Below, in pieces: positions 5,142 through 6,565 of a stretch of 6,565 nucleotides of DNA (position 1 is the stretch's first letter; each line of letters begins with the position of its first letter). The stretch is from the NCBI RefSeq assembly GCF_035285525.1, contig NZ_JAYKGW010000022.1, forward strand, positions 1-6,565, given 5' to 3'. A program made the position numbers and the translations under genes. A model generated the notes under the pieces. It did no database searches, was not told where the DNA came from, and saw only the letters and a list, made by a program, of their open reading frames with translations. This stretch comes from Okeania sp. (GTDB lineage: Bacteria > Cyanobacteriota > Cyanobacteriia > Cyanobacteriales > Microcoleaceae).

Positions 5142-5251
5142 TTACAGCGCTTTTCACTCTCGATGAACCACCGGAGCCATAACCAAAATCTCGTAGGGAC
5201 GTTGCATAAGGGCGTCCCTACTGTGGTCTACCGAAATGAAAACTGCTGTAA
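5142..5251. mobile_element. MITE-like element, copy B, 110 bp. Same family as 1571..1706 but in inverted orientation.
   Basis: Ends are ttacagcgcttttca ... tgaaaactgctgtaa, with the internal hairpin GTAGGGACG-ttgcataaggg-CGTCCCTAC. It aligns with the reverse complement of copy A. The shared blocks are ttacagcgcttttca, atgaacca, ccataaccaaaatct, gtagggacg, cgtccctactgtggt and atgaaaac. It lacks about 28 nt of copy A's loop. Confidence 0.8.
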
Positions 5252-5267
5252 ATTCTATTTCACCTGT

Positions 5268-5369
5268 TTATTGAAGTTTTTTGTTAAAAATTGCCAAGTT
5301 ATGGTAAAGGTCATCAGAAAGAAAATAAAACTCAATTAATTCGGTATGATAATTAATACTTTTAGGCAT
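5268..5369 (-). CDS. Small ORF, 33 aa, with a strong Shine-Dalgarno sequence. Unknown function; possibly a gene remnant.
   Basis: AAGGAG (5383..5378) lies 8 nt upstream of the ATG (5369..5367). The translation is MPKSINYHTELIEFYFLSDDLYHNLAIFNKKLQ, with a TAA stop at 5268..5270, 16 nt before MITE copy B. No family was recognised. It is short enough to arise by chance, and the good RBS is the only real support. Confidence 0.25.
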   Translation of the reverse strand: MPKSINYHTELIEFYFLSDDLYHNLAIFNKKLQ

Positions 5370-5385
5370 TGTCACGACTCCTTAT

Positions 5386-5488
5386 TACTAAAAGTAGGTT
5401 GGGTTGAGGGACGAAACCCAACATCATTAATAAAATATCAATTAAGATTGGTTGGGTTTCACTATCGTTCTACCCAACCTACTAAAAA
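5386..5488. repeat. Dumbbell (double-hairpin) palindromic repeat, copy 1, 103 bp. MITE-like.
   Basis: tactaaaa-GTAGGTTGGGTtgagggacgaaACCCAAC-(28 nt AT-rich)-GTTGGGTttcactatcgttctACCCAACCTAC-taaaaa. The outer 11 nt (GTAGGTTGGGT / ACCCAACCTAC) are inverted repeats. Each half is itself a hairpin with a GTTGGGT/ACCCAAC stem. TAAAA flanks both ends. Confidence 0.85.
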
Positions 5489-5503
5489 CTGTTGCCCGTG
5501 AGG

Positions 5504-5606
5504 TACTAAAAGTAGGTTGGGTTGAGGGACGAAACCCAACATCATTAATAAAATATCAATTAAGATTGGTTGGGTTTCACTATCGTTCTACCCAACCTAC
5601 TAAAAA
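5504..5606. repeat. Dumbbell palindromic repeat, copy 2. Identical to copy 1 by my manual comparison.
   Basis: The same 103 nt as 5386..5488, offset by 118 nt. The two copies are separated by a unique 15-nt junction, ctgttgcccgtgagg (5489..5503). Confidence 0.85.
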
Positions 5607-5625
5607 TAATGAACAATTTAATATA

Positions 5626-5678
5626 ATATCAATCAAAATTTGTTGGGTTTCACTATCGTTCTACCCAACCTACTAAAA
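5626..5678. repeat. Half copy of the dumbbell repeat (right-hand hairpin only).
   Basis: atatcaat...GTTGGGTTTCACTATCGTTCTACCCAACCTACTAAAA. The 37-nt right arm (5642..5678) is identical to 5451..5487 and 5569..5605. The left arm is absent. The copy ends 3 nt before the ATG at 5682. Confidence 0.8.
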
Positions 5679-5681
5679 GTT

Positions 5682-5879
5682 ATGAATAATCAAATAATTT
5701 TCATTCTCAAAGTCCTCATTCTTTCTGCGGGACTTTCCCTGTTAATCAAATATTTTTGCCCCGATCTATCCATTCCTTCCACGACCATTAACGCTCTAAT
5801 AATTGTACTTATACCACCTATATTTGTAGGAATGTTATTAGGGTGGCAACTTTTGCAGCAAGTTGAGAATATAGAGTAA
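5682..5879 (+). CDS. Small hypothetical membrane protein, 65 aa, with two predicted TM helices.
   Basis: The track ORF 5640..5879 begins inside the repeat (MLGFTIVLPNLLK is repeat-derived), so I start at the first ATG outside it. The translation is MNNQIIFILKVLILSAGLSLLIKYFCPDLSIPSTTINALIIVLIPPIFVGMLLGWQLLQQVENIE. It contains two hydrophobic stretches of about 18-20 aa. No obvious SD is present. The TAA stop is followed immediately by a HIP1 site. Confidence 0.4.
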   Translation: MNNQIIFILKVLILSAGLSLLIKYFCPDLSIPSTTINALIIVLIPPIFVGMLLGWQLLQQVENIE

Positions 5880-5887
5880 GCGATCGC
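5880..5887. repeat. HIP1 octamer GCGATCGC
   Basis: Exact GCGATCGC in taagcgatcgctc. Confidence 0.9.
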
Positions 5888-6009
5888 TCACTTTAAAATA
5901 TTAAAGATATTCTCAATTTAAGCTTAAATAAAAGAGTAAATATTTTTGACTTCATTCTTTCTCTTCATCCGAAAAACAAACTTTCATTAATTAATCACTA
6001 ATAACTCCA

Positions 6010-6565
6010 ATGACAAGATTCCTCCACGATCAATTTGCTAAACAATATTTAGAAGAATTACTATCAAGTATTGGGGAAGTAAAAGCTGCTCGTGAAGTTA
6101 GAGGAGAAGTCAGACAAATAGATGTTTGGTTTTCTCCTAAACCACAACTTCAAGGAAATCCTGAATTATTAGGATTATTAGGTAATTTAGCTAAAACTTC
6201 AGCATTATTTGAACCTGATCATAATCCTGTAACTCCTAATTAAATTAATAGTTGTCTTCTCAAATTATTGCTAGTTCAAGGAGAAATGCAACGGGAAGTG
6301 AAACGAAATAAAACTTGTATTTCTATGGATGACTATCCGAAATTATGGATATTAACTCCGACAGCTTCTCAGAATATATTAAATGGATTTCAAGCTACTT
6401 TAGATGAAGAAAACTGGTGTTCGGGAATTTACTTTTTCGGAGAATATTTCCATACAGCAATAGTAGTAATTCATCAATTACCAAAAACTCCAGAAACAAT
6501 GTGGTTGAGAATATTAGGAAGGGGAAAAGTTCAGTCTCAAGCCATTGATGAATTAGAAGGATTAC
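6010..6565 (+). pseudogene. Conserved cyanobacterial DUF4351-family gene (N-terminal part; 3' end lies outside the window), interrupted by an in-frame TAA at 6241..6243.
   Basis: MTRFLHDQFAKQYLEELLSSIGEVKAAREVRGEVRQIDVWFSPKPQ...LFEPDHNPVTPN * INSCLLKLLLVQGEMQREVKRNKTCISMDDYPKLWILTPTASQNILNGFQATLDEENW...AIVVIHQLPKTPETMWLRILGRGKVQSQAIDELEGL. Both halves are in the same frame. Together they are colinear with a multi-copy cyanobacterial family I recall as F-H/I-DQFAK-YLEELL ... FEPFRN ... LWILTPTAS ... HQLPRTPETLWLRILG-G-VQ-QAIDEL, which usually carries a C-terminal DUF4351. After the stop, 107 codons remain open to the window end. Confidence 0.75.

Noticed and set aside
1571-5251. Composite transposon or invertible cassette: inverted MITE copies A and B bracketing pilA and the GT41 gene.
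   Set aside because: Both flanks of copy A are contiguous higB sequence that rejoins in frame when the MITE alone is removed. So copy A inserted on its own and did not carry the cassette in. The copies are diverged, and I see no footprint of an inversion, since the higB halves are not separated. Recombination between them remains possible but is unsupported.
5452-5676. 74-aa plus-strand ORF (MGFTIVLPNLLK...), and the MLGFTIVLPNLLK extension of the 5640 ORF.
   Set aside because: The reading frame runs through the dumbbell repeat copies, and the same repeat-encoded peptide recurs. This is a typical spurious ORF generated by palindromic repeats.
5386-5678. CRISPR array: a 37-nt repeat at 5451, 5569 and 5642, with a 36-nt gap before the last copy.
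   Set aside because: There are only three copies and the spacing is irregular (118 and 73 nt). The sequence between copies 1 and 2 is itself duplicated and contains the inverted partner arm. No cas genes or leader are present. It is a palindromic repeat/MITE cluster, not CRISPR.
1452-6243. Stop-codon reassignment or programmed read-through explaining the in-frame TAA codons in higB and the DUF4351-family gene.
   Set aside because: TAA is the normal terminator of higA, the GT41 gene, pilA and the small ORFs in this same window. higB also carries a TGA and a MITE. Ordinary pseudogenisation, or a sequencing error, is the simpler explanation.

Overview
AT-rich cyanobacterial DNA. The taxonomic call rests on three HIP1 octamers (GCGATCGC), a cyanobacterial-style long-leader type IV pilin, a DUF4351-family gene and small palindromic repeat families. 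Most coding is on the minus strand. Reading left to right: (1) a 32-bp tandem repeat cut by the window edge, followed by a C6/G6 palindrome. (2) An orphan 189-aa ORF. (3) A decaying higBA toxin-antitoxin locus. The antitoxin is essentially intact. The toxin carries two in-frame stops and a 136-bp MITE insertion near its 5' end. (4) A 740-aa TPR + GT41 (SPINDLY/O-GlcNAc-transferase-like) glycosyltransferase. It lies directly downstream of, and co-oriented with, a pilA-type pilin gene. The two are separated by a three-segment alternative-hairpin structure. (5) A second, inverted and diverged copy of the same MITE. (6) A cluster of dumbbell (double-hairpin) repeats: two 103-bp copies identical by my manual comparison, plus a half copy that ends 3 nt before a small two-TM ORF. 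(7) The 5' part of a conserved cyanobacterial DUF4351-family gene, interrupted by an in-frame TAA and running off the window. I recognised no rRNA, tRNA or CRISPR array. The best candidate for a functional system is the pilin / GT41 pair with its intervening RNA structure. The rest is mostly gene decay and small mobile or repeat elements. All family assignments come from reading the translations and recalling family consensus. No database search was run.
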